Of a stretch of 64,000 nucleotides of DNA, positions 1 to 11,868 are shown one piece after another (the stretch's first letter is position 1; each line of letters begins with the position of its first letter). Origin of the DNA: Dendrobates tinctorius (lineage: Eukaryota). Below the pieces are notes generated by a model. It did not search any database and had not been told where the DNA came from. It worked only from the letters and a program-made list of their open reading frames with translations. The stretch covers positions 9,052,001 through 9,116,000 of the forward strand of contig NW_027361818.1 of the NCBI RefSeq assembly GCF_039654945.1, given 5' to 3'. The translations under genes and the position numbers were made by a program.

Positions 1-329
1 CTGCCTTCGTTTCTGACAGCAGCTCGCAATGCTCCCCAATAAACGAAGGAATGACCAAAAATCCAAACCAGCAACGGCTCGACACCTGAAACAAAAAAAG
101 GAGTGCAAACATCAAATCCTACCAGAATTCAACGTGAATGCAACCCTCTCGGTCACCAGTCACCTCCTCCCCCAATGCCCCACACAAATCAATCCCCCCC
201 CAAAGTTAAAGGCCTAATATAACTTCGGTAACGATGGGACGTCCAACCACCAATGCGCTGTATAGAAGCCGGACTCAAACCCCGAACTGCCGCTTCCATC
301 GCCGCCCCTATCCTGAAAGAATGAGAAGC

Positions 330-1771
330 TATCAGGATCCTGACAGCGCCGGCGTACAGCCTCCGCTGAGCAGGGACTCACCCGCACTGTAGGGACCCCT
401 GGGGACAAGAACAGCCAGAAAGTACAGATGCACAGGACCTGAGTGCTGAAGATTAGCAAGCCGGCACAGGACCTACAGTCATGTGACTGCAAGGGGGCGG
501 GGCTTAGCATCCTGCTTTCAGAGAAGGTAGAAAACTCAGAGTCAGGCAAAACGGAGGTCACACACAGTACGGGCAAACGAGGTACAGGAGGGATAAACAG
601 ACGGGAGGTCAGACAAAGCCAAAGGTCATACACAAGAGGGCAGTGCGGTACCAAAGGGACGAGCAGAGAGTAGTCGAGTCACAAGCAGAGAGTCATACAC
701 AAGAGAGCGGTGAGGTACAAGAGGGGCAGGCAGAACTCGTAACAGGGACAGAACCAGATCACAATCAAACAAGCAACAAGTTATCAGGCACAAGGCACAC
801 GTGTTATGATTGAGTCACCGTAGGAGGCAAAAACAGAAATGCTAGCTAAGTCCCGAAAACCAGAGAAGTTGGCAGCTATCGGATTGCAGACCCCTGAACC
901 TATCAACACAACTAGCAGTAGCCGTGGGGGGTTCCTACGATGCCCTAGACCCCTCGATCACAGCCGGAGAATTAAATAGGCCTAAAGAAAGAAAGGGGAA
1001 ATCTAAACTGCCCCAGAGCAGACCCCAAAGCAATAGGCAGCCCCCAACATATAATGACGGTGAAGCAAGATGAAAATACTAACACAGACAGAAAGATAGA
1101 CAGAGCAAAGAGGGGCCCAAGCTAACTACATAGGAAAGGACAGGAAGGCTGCTGTCTGCAATCCGTGAAAAACCCTATGAAAATAAGAGCCAACAAACTG
1201 ACAGTGAAAAAGGCCCTGAAGACGCTAGGCTTCAAAAAACTATGTCAGCACTCAGGAATATACTGAAGACAGAGCTACAGGCAAAAGGAGATTCAGCTCA
1301 CCCCAGCAGGGGATGGCAGAATACTGAAAAGCAAGGAAAACAAAAAACAAAACAAAAGGCTAACAGCCAAAACAGAAAACTTAGCTTTAGGAGCAGTAAT
1401 CAGACTGGTGTCCTAGGAGTCCACAGAGAAATCACCCGCAGGGCAGAAGGGCGTCGGCAGCCTTATATCCAGTCTGTGACTCCACTCAGCCAGTCATCCT
1501 CATTAGACTCAGGTGCCTGATAATCAGGCTCATTACCTTCCTTCACCAGAATAGGGAGGTCACCAGAATCCAGTGACGAAGGGGAAAATGAACTCACAAC
1601 ACACACGTATAGAAGAGGTCAACTAACTCAGCTGAGGGCAGGAGTATAACTGACACCGGACCTAGGTCCAGTGAGCATTAAACAGCCGCCCTCTGCCAGA
1701 GAGAGGCGGAACAATTAAGCCCCAGTCTGACCAGGACGGGCCAAAGCGAAACCCCGTCCTGGATCATGACA
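330..1771. mobile_element. Solo LTR (with a second LTR nested inside)
   Basis: Inverted termini tatcaggatcc...ggatcatgaca; 5-bp TSD GAAGC at 325-329 and 1772-1776; removing it rejoins the recombinase. Confidence 0.8.
802..1601. mobile_element. Nested solo LTR
   Basis: TGTTATGA...CACAACA termini; direct repeat CACACG at 796-801 and 1602-1607; same family as 24100-24954 in the opposite orientation. Confidence 0.7.
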
Positions 1772-2516
1772 GAAGCAAAACGGGATTCGTCCAGGCCCAA
1801 CACCCGAATTTACTTCTTAAGAACCGCACCAAACTGGTATCTGGAAAAACTGGTGCCATCAACGTGACACAACAGGGAACTGTTCAAGCTGGGACGAAGT
1901 TCCCAAAAACTCTGTAAACACTGAACGGGACACATCAGAGAACCAGGCACGCTGCCCAACACCACTCGACGGCCTTTTCCTGACTGATCCGTCTTGGACC
2001 GCCGCAGCCAGAATTCAACACCTCGCGCGGTCAATGCAACATCCCTGGCCAGTACGCCACCAATCGACTCTCTGTTTCCCGACACTAGCTCCCCTACCCT
2101 TAATGCACCAAAAAATGCAAACGAAAAGGCTAGACGAAACAACAAAACCTCGTAGCGTGAAGAACACACCGACTCCAAAGTGAGGCCCAACTGCTCCAAT
2201 ACATTAAAAGATATTGGACGCCTCAGATCGCCCCCGCTTTTGAAACGGCGGAAACCCTTTGCCGCCTGTTTCACCAATAACGTCTTTGTCAAATCACGAC
2301 AGCCGCGCAAGCGAAAACCAAAATACAACCCCGCCAGAATCCGCATGGCTTTCGCACCGGACCAACCCTCAGAGGCGCCGCGCCCCAACCAAGACAACAA
2401 AATTCCCTCCTGATCCAGCCAGGGCCCAACAACCGCGCCGGCTGCAAGAACCTCCTCCCACATGCGTCAAACTGCCCATTATGCCTCCCAAGTTTTCAGG
2501 GCAAGAGAAGATTCAA

Positions 2517-3971
2517 TCAGAGACTCCGCGGCCCGTAGGACACTTTCCACAGCTCCTCCGGACAAGCTAAACCCATGATCTCTGCCTCTGGCACCAAAGA
2601 GCGGAACCGGTCCCACTGCGAACGAGAAAGAGAGTCAGCTATATCATTCTTGACACCAGGAACGTGTGTCGCGGTCACATGTGCATTCAAATCCAAACAC
2701 AGTAAGACCAACTGTTGCAACACTCGAACGACTGGGGGAGACGATGCAGTAAGACCATTAATCGTGCACACCACGCCCATGTTGTCGCAATTAAAACGCA
2801 CGCGCCGGTCCCGAAACTCCCGTCCCCACAAATGCACGGCCACGAGGATTGGAAAGATCTCCAACAACGTGATGTTGCGTACCAGGCCATCCGTAATCCA
2901 CTCATTGGGCCACTGGGGCGCGCACCACTGCCCCTGAAGTAAGCCCCAAATCTGACCCCGCCAGCCGCGTCCGTGAACAACTCCAACGTGTCGTTGCCAA
3001 CCACCTCATCCATTACCAATGAACGGCCGTTATACCCCTCTAGAAAAGAATCCCAAACCGCCAAATCTGCCCTGAATTCCGACGACAACCTGATGAAATG
3101 ATGAGGGGCTCGAATCCCTGCAGTCGCGCTTGCCAGCCTACGTGAAAAAACTTGCCCCATCGGCATAACCCAACATGCAAAGTTTAGCTTCCCCAATCAA
3201 GACTGGAGATCGTGCAGTGACAATTTTTTCAAACGGCGCGCTCGGACCACCTCCGCCCGCAGATCCGCTAACTTATCCTCAGGCAGCCGGAACTCCCAAC
3301 CCACCATGTTGATGACAATTCCCAAAAAACGCAGGCATGTACTGGGGCTCTCGGTTTTCCCTGGTGCAAGTGGGACTCCAAAACGCTCTGCCACCCACTC
3401 AATGGCTTGCAAGATCCTGTGACAACGCAATGAATCCGCCGGGCCAACGCACAAAAAATCATCCAATCATCCGAATCGAAACCAGAAACATCTCGCACAA
3501 CCCACTCCAGAAAAGAACTGAAGGCTTCAAAATACTCACAAGACAGCGAACATCCAATGGGTAGACACCTGTCCACAAAAAACATGCCTTCCCAATAGCA
3601 ACCAAGCAGCTTCATGCTATCCGGGTGGACCGGTAACAGACGAAATGCTGATTCGACATCCGTCTTAGCCATGAGGGGCCCCGACCACATTTTCGCACCC
3701 ACCGTGCCGCCTCATCAAAGAAGGAGTAAACCACCGAACAGATCTCTGGATCAATACCATCGTTAACCGACCCCCCGCGTGGGTAAGACAAATTTTGGAT
3801 AAGCCGAAACTTATTCGGCTCCTTTTTCGGAACAACTCCCAAAGGGGAAACTACCAAGTCCGGAAACGGGGGAGAATCAAAGGGGCCAGCCATGCGGCCC
3901 AACGAAACCTCCTTTCCAAGTTTGTCTGAAACGACCGCGGTATGCAACATAGCTGAACTCAAATTCCTCAA
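2517..3971 (-). pseudogene. Reverse transcriptase/RNase H of the Ngaro-like element (frameshifted)
   Basis: SPLGVVPKK..FRLIQNLS, KTDVESAFRLLP, MDDFL, LFTDAAG, LEIFPILVA..DNMGVV..NDIADSLSR spread over several frames. Confidence 0.9.
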
Positions 3972-4064
3972 AACCCGCGGAATTGCAAACGGGGGATGAA
4001 GGATAACAAAACCGTCTTTTTAAAACCCGCATACAGCAAAGCCGCTTTTTCCCTGTCCGTATAT

Positions 4065-4869
4065 CTATTTAGATAAGGGACCATCCTTTCCAGCTTCACT
4101 GGAGTCTCCCCCTTGAGAATTACCACCACCGGTTCTGGGCTTCCCTTTTTTGAAACACTTGGCCACTCCGTGCGACGTGCCGTTGCAGTTGGAGCAGAGA
4201 TGCTTGAATTTGCAATTTGCCCCAAACTTACACTGGCCGCCGTTAAACTGCCAGCACACACCCAACTTATGACTCCCTGTTTGCCCTTGCCCACCTCCGC
4301 CTGAGATGCTGGAATTGCTGCTACCCTGGCTGATGCTCCCAGCCCCCCATGAAAGGAGCTCCCAAACTTGTTTTGAGCTATTACCCGCATCCACAGCCCA
4401 ATGTCCTTCTGGTCCCAACGGATAGCAGGACGGACAGCCCTCCTCTGCCGGAATTGCCCGTCGTACCGCAACCACGCCTGCCCCCATACACTCTGTAAGC
4501 CTCCCCTATGGCATCAAAGTAACAAAATAACACCAAGCAATTGTCAGGGGCCTTTTCCACGATGACGCTTGCCAAAATGGCAAAAGCCTGCTGCCAGTTG
4601 ACAAACGTTTGAGGGATTAGACGCCACCTGCGCTTTTCTTCGTCCTCCTTCTTGCTATCCTCTTTCTTACCCTTATCTAAATTAAATTTCTCAAGTGGCA
4701 GCAAGGAAAATATTTCTACGTACTCGTCCTTCCAAATGCGTTCTTTTACTTCCTTCTTTAAATGACCCCCCAGTGGGCCTTCAAAACAAACGTACACCTC
4801 CCCATGCGCCCTGTCATCCAAATGCACACGACACTCCTTCTCCTTTTCAGTTTGCACCGATACCGACAC
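4065..4869 (-). pseudogene. Gag-like ORF1 of the Ngaro-like element
   Basis: IWKDEYVEIFSLL, YDGQFRQRRA and the CWQFNGGQCKFGANCKFKHLCSNC..H...C zinc knuckle. Confidence 0.75.
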
Positions 4870-6344
4870 CGGTTCGCTTGCGCACCCGGCCAGCTCTGAC
4901 CCGCTCTTCCTGGCAGGCCCCCCGGCCTGTGCCCTAACCTAAGCTGCTAATGGGGATGGTGCAACAAAACCCTGCTCCAGGCGGGACAGCAAATTGCGCA
5001 TGTCCGCGAGCACATTCCTAACACCCACGACTGCGGCTACCCCGCCGAACCCTGACCCCCCTCCGACACTGAGGGATTCCACCAACGGCCCCCCGCCTAA
5101 CCCCGATGACGACGAAATTGGATGACAAACAGTGGACACAGAAGCATACTCACCAGGCTGCGAGGGGGCTGTGTGCCCTCCAGCCGGAAAACCTGGATCC
5201 GCGGATGCATCCTCGCCAGCCTGATGTTGAACTCTGGGACTCCCCACGGGAATAACCGGGTTGGGAGACCTGAACCCCCTTGCCGGACCTCGGATAGCGT
5301 TGCTGCCCGGGTCACGGCGCTGCAAACTCCTGTTGCAATGCCTGCGTCCCGCGTAAAGGCATCAATGGCCCCCCGATGTGCCTCCTGGCCGCCCGGAAAG
5401 AACCCACTGCCTCCATCCGTGGGTGTCAATGGTGCCTGGCCTGCAGTGCTGCAGGCCGCTGTCCCGCTGCTATGATGTCTGCCGCTCCCTGTTCCAGCTG
5501 CCGAAGCAGGCCGCGCTGCAGGGCCCCCCCGCCACGGCCTGTCCCCCCGCTGTTAGGGGATGATGATGGCTGCTCTGCTGGATGGCAGGCCGCAGCTCCA
5601 ATGTCGGTCGAACTCGGCCTTGAGGGGGGAATCAGGCCGCGCGGCGAGCAGGTTGCCGCCGCAGCCCCCGGCTGATGCTGGTACATGGCGCCGCCCGGCA
5701 CTTGACTGCTCCGCCCCCTGCCGAGATCGAGGAGTAGGCCTGGAGAGCGCGGCGCCCGGCCTGGAGGGTCCCGAGAGGGGCTCCTGCGGCAACGCGAGGC
5801 CCGGGGAGCTGAGTCGGGTGAGAGCCGCTCCGGAGGCCTCACCCGCCTTGAGCGCCGCAGCCGCTCCCTCACCGCTGCTGGTGCCGACTGCCCGGAGGTC
5901 CCCGGACCGGGATAAGCCCCGCTACCTGCGCCTCCAGCCATCCTGGAGGCTGCGACCGGGCCGCAGCCCGCAACTGCTCCAGCACAAGGTCCACCTCTGA
6001 CATGGTAGGTGCTGCTTGCTTGTTGGAAAGCGGGAACTGAAGGGGGGGACGCCCCCACCCTCCCACTATATACCCCCTAACGTCACTCTCTTATGGGCTA
6101 CTCCCCCCACTAAACCTTACCACCCCCTGTCATGCTGTCCTCCGCCTACGCCTCGTATGGGAGGGTGGGGAGGCTCAGCTCCGGCCATTTCTTATGTGCT
6201 GCTGGAGAATAATAGTGCAATAGGGTCTTATCCAGGATAAAATGATTACTATAATCAAATTGCACTCACCAATTTGAACCAAAAGACAAGCTTATAGAGA
6301 TATCCGCTGCTGCAGATCCACCTGTCCACTCGTGAACAATGGTG

Positions 6345-6383
6345 CTCCTGATGAAGAAGTCTTGTACTTTGAAACTCGCTGAG
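6345..6383 (+). ncRNA. Minimal type I hammerhead-ribozyme-like motif in a Penelope-like fragment
   Basis: ctc-CTGATGA-agaagtcttgtacttt-GAAA-ctcgct-gag; stem III degenerate. Confidence 0.55.
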
Positions 6384-6499
6384 TATAAATACACAATTTA
6401 ATGGCTACATGGTCTGCATCCTGAAATATTCAGCAGCGCAGATTAAATCCACATTTACCCACTTTTTTTTATAGTCTCAAATCACTGACAAATCACTGA

Positions 6500-7360
6500 C
6501 AAACAGATTTTGCTCAGGAATATAACCGGTATTTTGCACCATCCATCTTCCTCTCAACTCTGATGTTTTTCCTTGTCCCTGCTGCAGAAAAGCTTCCCCA
6601 CAGCATGATGTTGCCACCATATTTCACTGTGGGGATGGTGTTCTTGGGGTGATGTGCTGTATTGGTTTAGCACCAGACATAACGTTTACTTTGGCAGCCA
6701 AAAGGTTAAATTTTGGTCTCATCTGAGCACAGCACCTTCCTCCATACATTTGGAAAGGATCCCATGTCTTTTGGCATACTCCAAATGAGCCTTACATCTT
6801 TTGTGCTTTGTGTGTCAGTAAAAGCTTTTTTCTGCTCACTTTTCCATAAAGGTCACCTCTATGGAATGTATGGCTCATTGTGGGCTTATGGACAGATACT
6901 CCATTCTCTGCTTGGGAACTCTGCAGCTCCTTCAGGGTTACTTTTGGTCTCTGTGCTGTCTCTCTGATTAATGCCCTGCTTGCCCGGACTGAGAGTTTTG
7001 GTGGGTGGTCCTCTCTTGGCGGTTTTGTTGTGGTACCATGTCCTTTCCATGTGATGATAATGGATTTGATGGTGCTCTGGGAAATCATCAGAGATTGGGA
7101 GATTTTTTTATAATCCAACCCTGACTTGTACTTCTCAACAACTTTGTCCCTGACTTGTGTGGAGATCTCCTTGGTCTTCATGGTGTTTGGTTAGTGGTGC
7201 CTCTTGTTAATTGTGTTGCAGCCTCTGTGGCCTTTCAGAAAAGGTAAAGTGTATGTACGGACAGACATGTGACACTTAGATTGCGCACAGGTGGACTTCC
7301 TTTCACTAACCATGGGTGAATACATATGCACATGCCAATTTTTAGTTATTTGATCCCATA
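6500..7360 (-). mobile_element. Tc1-like DNA transposon remnant
   Basis: ORF 6792-7181 MKTKEISTQVRDKVVEKYKSG (paired-like HTH); [17 protein letters not shown] motif near 6590-6650. Confidence 0.85.
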
Positions 7361-7366
7361 AATTTA

Positions 7367-8760
7367 CAGTTGAAACCAGACGTTACGATCCACTATATAA
7401 AAAGACACGTCTGCATGTTTTTCTTAATATCTGACATGAAATCAGAATAAACCTTTCCTGTTTTAAGTGAATTAGGATTACCATAATTATTAATATTTGC
7501 CAAATGTCAGAATAATGAGAGAGAGAATGTTTTATGGCATTTTTATTACTTACTGCAAAGTCAAAAGTTTACATACACTAAGAGTACTATGCATTTACAC
7601 AATTCTGGACGGCCCATATGGTGATGTCATGTGTTTGTTAGCAACATCTGAGTTAATTAGAGACACACCTGGGCATGTATTTCAATGCACACCTAAAACA
7701 CACTGCTTCTTGTGCAGCATCATGGGAAAGTCTCAAGAAATCAGCCAAGATATCAGGAAGAGAATTGTGGACTTGCACAAGTCTGGCTCAACCTTTGGTA
7801 CAATTTCAAGATACTTGAAGGTGCCTCGTTTATCTGTACAAACAATTATATGCAAGTACAAACAAGATGGGAATGTTCAGCCATCATACCGCTCAGGAAG
7901 AAGACTGGTTCTGTGTCCCAGAGATGAACGTGCTTTGGTCCAACATGTTCATATCAATCCAAGGACAAAAGCAAAAGACCTTGTGAAGATGATGTCAGAA
8001 GCTGGTAAGATTGTGTCAATATCCACAGTGAAACTGTATCAACATGGGCTGAAAGGCCACTCTGCCAGGAAGAAGCCAATACTCCAAAAAAACATAAAAA
8101 ACCCAGATTAATGTTTATAAATGCACACAGGAACAGAGACCTTAATTTTTGGAGCAATGTCCTCTGTTCTGATGAAAAAAAAATTGAACTTTTTGGGCAT
8201 AATGACCATCGTTAGGTTTGAAGGAAAAAGGGAGAAGCTTGGAAGCCTAAGAACACCATCCCCACTGTGAAATGCTGTGGTGGCAGTATCATGTTGTGGG
8301 GTTGTTTTGCTGCAGGAGGGACTGGTACACTTCATAAAATAGATGGCATCATGAGAAAAGAAGATTATGGGGAAATACTGAAGAAACATCTCAAGACATC
8401 AGCCAGGAAGTTAAATCTTGGGCGGAAATGGGTCTTCCAAATAGACATTGACCCGGAGCATACTGCTAAAATGGTAAGAAAGTGGCCTTACAATAACAAA
8501 GTCAATATTTTGGAGCGGCCATTCCAAAGCCCTAATCTCAATCCCACTGAAAATTTATGGGCAAAGCTGAAAAGGCCGGTGTGAGCAAGGCGACCTACAC
8601 CCCGGGATCAGTTACACCAGTTTTGTCAGGAGGAATGGGCCCACATTCCGACAAACTATTGTGAGAAGCTTGTGGAAGGAGACGCCAAACGTGTGACCCA
8701 AGTCATCCAGTTTAAGGGCAATGGTAACAAATACTAATGAAATGGATGGACATTTTTGAC
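7367..8760 (+). mobile_element. Sleeping Beauty-like Tc1 transposon, transposase pseudogene at 7722-8737
   Basis: TA|CAGTTGAA start; inner direct repeat gtcaaaagtttacatacactaag near 7560; MGKSQEISQDIRKRIVDLHKSG...GGGSIMLWGCF...SPNLNPTENLW...KGNGNKY*; frameshifts and stops; right TIR truncated. Confidence 0.9.
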
Positions 8761-8929
8761 TCAGGTATCCTTGACAAAGACCTTTCTCATTCGATATGTT
8801 GGACCATATCTGTTTTGGCTCCTTTGCCCGGTCATAATAAATAACATTGCAGCAAGACCTATATTTCCATTTTCTTTTTTTGTGGTGCTGAGGTTTCTAC
8901 TTCAATTAAGAAAAGAGATACCTTTAATA

Positions 8930-9642
8930 AGAAATAATGTAACAACCTATGAATACCATATACGTAACAAACCAACCAAAAGTACCGAATGTATTCAAAG
9001 AAAAAGGTATAAAATAATAGCTTTATTAATATATATTAAAAAACATGAGTATACAACAAAGAGATTAAAAAAAACAAAATGTAAAACAACGCATGTATGA
9101 AGGGGGCAGGGCATGCCAGATGAATTGGGACAAAATGGAAAAATCAATATGCAATGATGCGCCATATATTATAAGGAGATGAGAAACCTATAACAGGGAA
9201 TCTACTACAGGGCTACACAACGATAAGTACAAAATATAAGTAAAGTGCATCAAATAGGGAAAAAAGTGCATAGTGCAATTATCTTGGTGATACAGATAGC
9301 AATATTACCTTCAATATATTAATAATAATGTCCATGTGGAAAGTATATTGTTTCTATACAGTAAAAAGTAAAAGTTGGTCTTAAATAACCAGCAGCCTCA
9401 ATTGATATAATTCATATAAATTGTTACAGCAAACTCCTATAAGTATAAACCAATACAAAAACTTCATTATGAGAGCATTAATACCAACCCAAATGGCACA
9501 CCTCTGCCCCCTCATATCACTCCAACGCGCGCTTCGCTATCGCTTCACCAGGGAGACTTTTTTTATCTCTTTGTTCTGTAATCATGTTTTCAATATATAT
9601 TGATAAAGCTATTATAGCATACCTTTTTCTTTGAATACATTC
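8930..9642 (-). mobile_element. Penelope-like 3' fragment with hammerhead motif and an inverted terminal segment
   Basis: Degenerate hammerhead at 9520-9555 (minus strand); 9558-9642 is an inverted copy of 8987-9070. Confidence 0.6.
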
Positions 9643-9649
9643 TTGTAAT

Positions 9650-11160
9650 GTAATGTACTGTAAGGCATGATTTTGTTGGAACCTTCTAGAATCCTCCATT
9701 CTATAAGAAGATCAGTCTGTCACAAGCTTGTAGCATCCTCCTTCCCCCATCCTCTTTTCGTCCACAGCTTACACACACAGACCAGTGCCCCCCTGCTTGC
9801 TGCTCTGTGCTTGTATTTGGTAACAAGACACCGATCGTTTCCTGTGGAGCTAGGAATGTCAATTAAGCTGAGTGGAAAGAGTGTCCTTTGTTCTGAAACA
9901 TGCGGCTTGCATACAGGTATAGGAAATATTAAAAGAAGCCCTAGCGTGCCAGAGATATAATAATCACATTTCTGTGATCTGAGCGGACCCGGCTTCGCTA
10001 CGGTGGCTTTTGGCTTTCTCGGACCTCCAGAAACTGAGATATGGAGTGCTCCCAAACAGAGTGTTCTATCTAGTGCATGCTTGATGTTGTTTTATTAGGT
10101 TCGATAAACCACAAACAATGATACCCTTTGCGAGTTTATTCGAGCTTCCCTCGTTAAGATATTGTTATTATAAGTTTTTAGATAAATTGCAACTTAGAGA
10201 GAAGGGGGGTTGGACCTCACCAGACCGCCCATTTCGTGAGGTCACCGACCCAAAGAGATAAGGCATTCCCTCCCAAAATTCAGGCAGTTTTGAGCTGCAG
10301 ATGCCCTGCTAGAAAGATCTGCTGATGTCTTGGGATGTCTGGTTGCAGCCCATCCCCCAGCCACATGGTCTGCCTAATACCAACTAAGCACATGTAAGTG
10401 TTACTCTGCCTTTTAATCCTTTGTTGTTGTATATTTGTACTGTACATATTTAATGTCTCAATTTATAGCAACTTTATCTATGTAATCACTGCCTGCATTT
10501 TGGGAATAAATGATAAAATTATCAGTCTGCCTTCATGCTCTAAGAAACAAACTATGTGCCTTTTTTAGATAATTACGCTACTGTTTGGGTTGGCTTCGAA
10601 CCCCTCCATTAAGTCTATAACTTAAGTGGAGAAACCAGGAGCTGGTGGCAGCGTGGTGTGTGCGGTTGGTTAGGCTGGTTGGCAGTCTGTAAGGGTCTTA
10701 TATTGCTGAAGGGGGGCTGTGGCCACAGCATTGATAATTCCCTTACTGCAGTAGTCTAATTGCCCGTGCACAACAAGCAGCCCATCCGGCGACTAATTAT
10801 CCTAGGTGCAGTTCCCTGACTGACCTGAGGGTAAGGGGGGCGCTGGAGAGCTGCGAGTTCCAAAGAGGAACGGAGAAAGTGGGATATACATAAATCCCTG
10901 CAGTTCTTGGAAGGTTGTTAGCAGTGGTGGGGCATCCAAAATAACCCCCCTGCAGTAAATTGTTAGAGCGAGATTAGCTTGCTGTGTATTTTTTGTCACA
11001 TGGTGCCAGTGGCGGGATAACTAAGATAAGCCCCCACTGTGCCTGTGATAGCCGTGTGCCGGCAGTGCGTTGCGTCCCTCCGTCCGCTGACATACCGGTG
11101 TCAGTGGTGGGATTGTGACATATTGGTGGCACAGGCTGTCCGTTTGTCACAATTCTTTTG
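9650..11160 (+). mobile_element. LTR retrotransposon LTR/leader remnant
   Basis: AATAAA near 10505 and repeated ...gtcaca|tggtg-like LTR-end/PBS-like segments near 11000-11130; boundaries uncertain. Confidence 0.35.
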
Positions 11161-11465
11161 GTTGGGTGTACTTCAATTAGTCTGGACCACAAATCCCTTT
11201 CTCAAGCACACTATAATTCAGCCTTGCTGAAATGTCCTCCCTCATTTCATCTTTATCATGGCATCATTCGTCCATTCATTCTTCCTTCACTCATTTGCCA
11301 GTACTGTATGCTGAAAAAAAAGCCCCACACCATGATGTTTCCACCACCAAACTTCACTGTTGGTATGGTGTTTTTGGGGTAATATATAGTTTGGCCTCCA
11401 AATGTGATGTGTATTATGGCTTCAAAAGAGTTTAATTTTGGTCTCATCTGACCAGACGATATTCA
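11160..11465 (-). mobile_element. Tc1 transposase fragment
   Basis: [20 protein letters not shown] in ORF 11256-11447. Confidence 0.75.
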
Positions 11466-11785
11466 CCAGCGCCAATTACTAACTCCTCTTGTGACACATC
11501 AGGCCACCCACTACATCCACCGCCCAATCGCGGATCACAGCAGCATCCTTGGTCTCCATGGCGCGTTACAAAGACGCGCTCCTCTCATCATCAGGATGCG
11601 CTGCCACATAGTGTACCCTCTGCGCATGCGCGAATCAAACGGCATTACTGTAGAGCCCATCAAGCGGACACGCCACCTGTCAATGATAAAATAAACAACA
11701 TCCAGCACGGATATGCATATACTTATATTGTGGCAACAGATAGGTGCCGATAGTGCACTGTCATTCAGTCACTGGTAACAAAAGT

Positions 11786-11868
11786 TTTCGGTACCCATTA
11801 TGCATGCGTAGGCTATCTCTGCGCCTATAGCTCAGAGATAGCCTACGCATGCATAATGGCTACCGAAA
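11786..11868. repeat. Hairpin/inverted repeat with about 36-bp arms
   Basis: tttcggtacccattatgcatgcgtaggctatctctg-(11 nt)-cagagatagcctacgcatgcataatggctaccgaaa, one mismatch. Confidence 0.9.

Larger units (their letters stand above)
207..2463 (-). pseudogene. Tyrosine recombinase of the Ngaro-like element, split by an LTR insertion
   Basis: ORF 1810-2463 carries AFFGALRVGE and LRRSKTDQ. The C-terminal SHSFRIGAA...IGGWTSHRYRSYIRP segment lies at 207-329 on the other side of the 330-1771 insertion. Confidence 0.85.
1..6190 (-). mobile_element. Ngaro-like (DIRS order) tyrosine-recombinase retrotransposon, degenerate, interrupted by nested solo LTRs; continues beyond window start
   Basis: Minus-strand order gag-like (CCCH/CCHC knuckle, 4065-4869), RT (3197-3971), RNase H (2517-3196), tyrosine recombinase (207-329 plus 1772-2463), then an LVWILxHS-like SGNH-hydrolase start near 1-80. 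No methyltransferase domain seen. The 5' boundary is approximate. Confidence 0.85.

Noticed and set aside
4939-6240. Cluster of long overlapping GC-rich ORFs on both strands
   Set aside because: Low-complexity 5' part of the Ngaro ORF1; high GC suppresses stops and there is no independent gene evidence.
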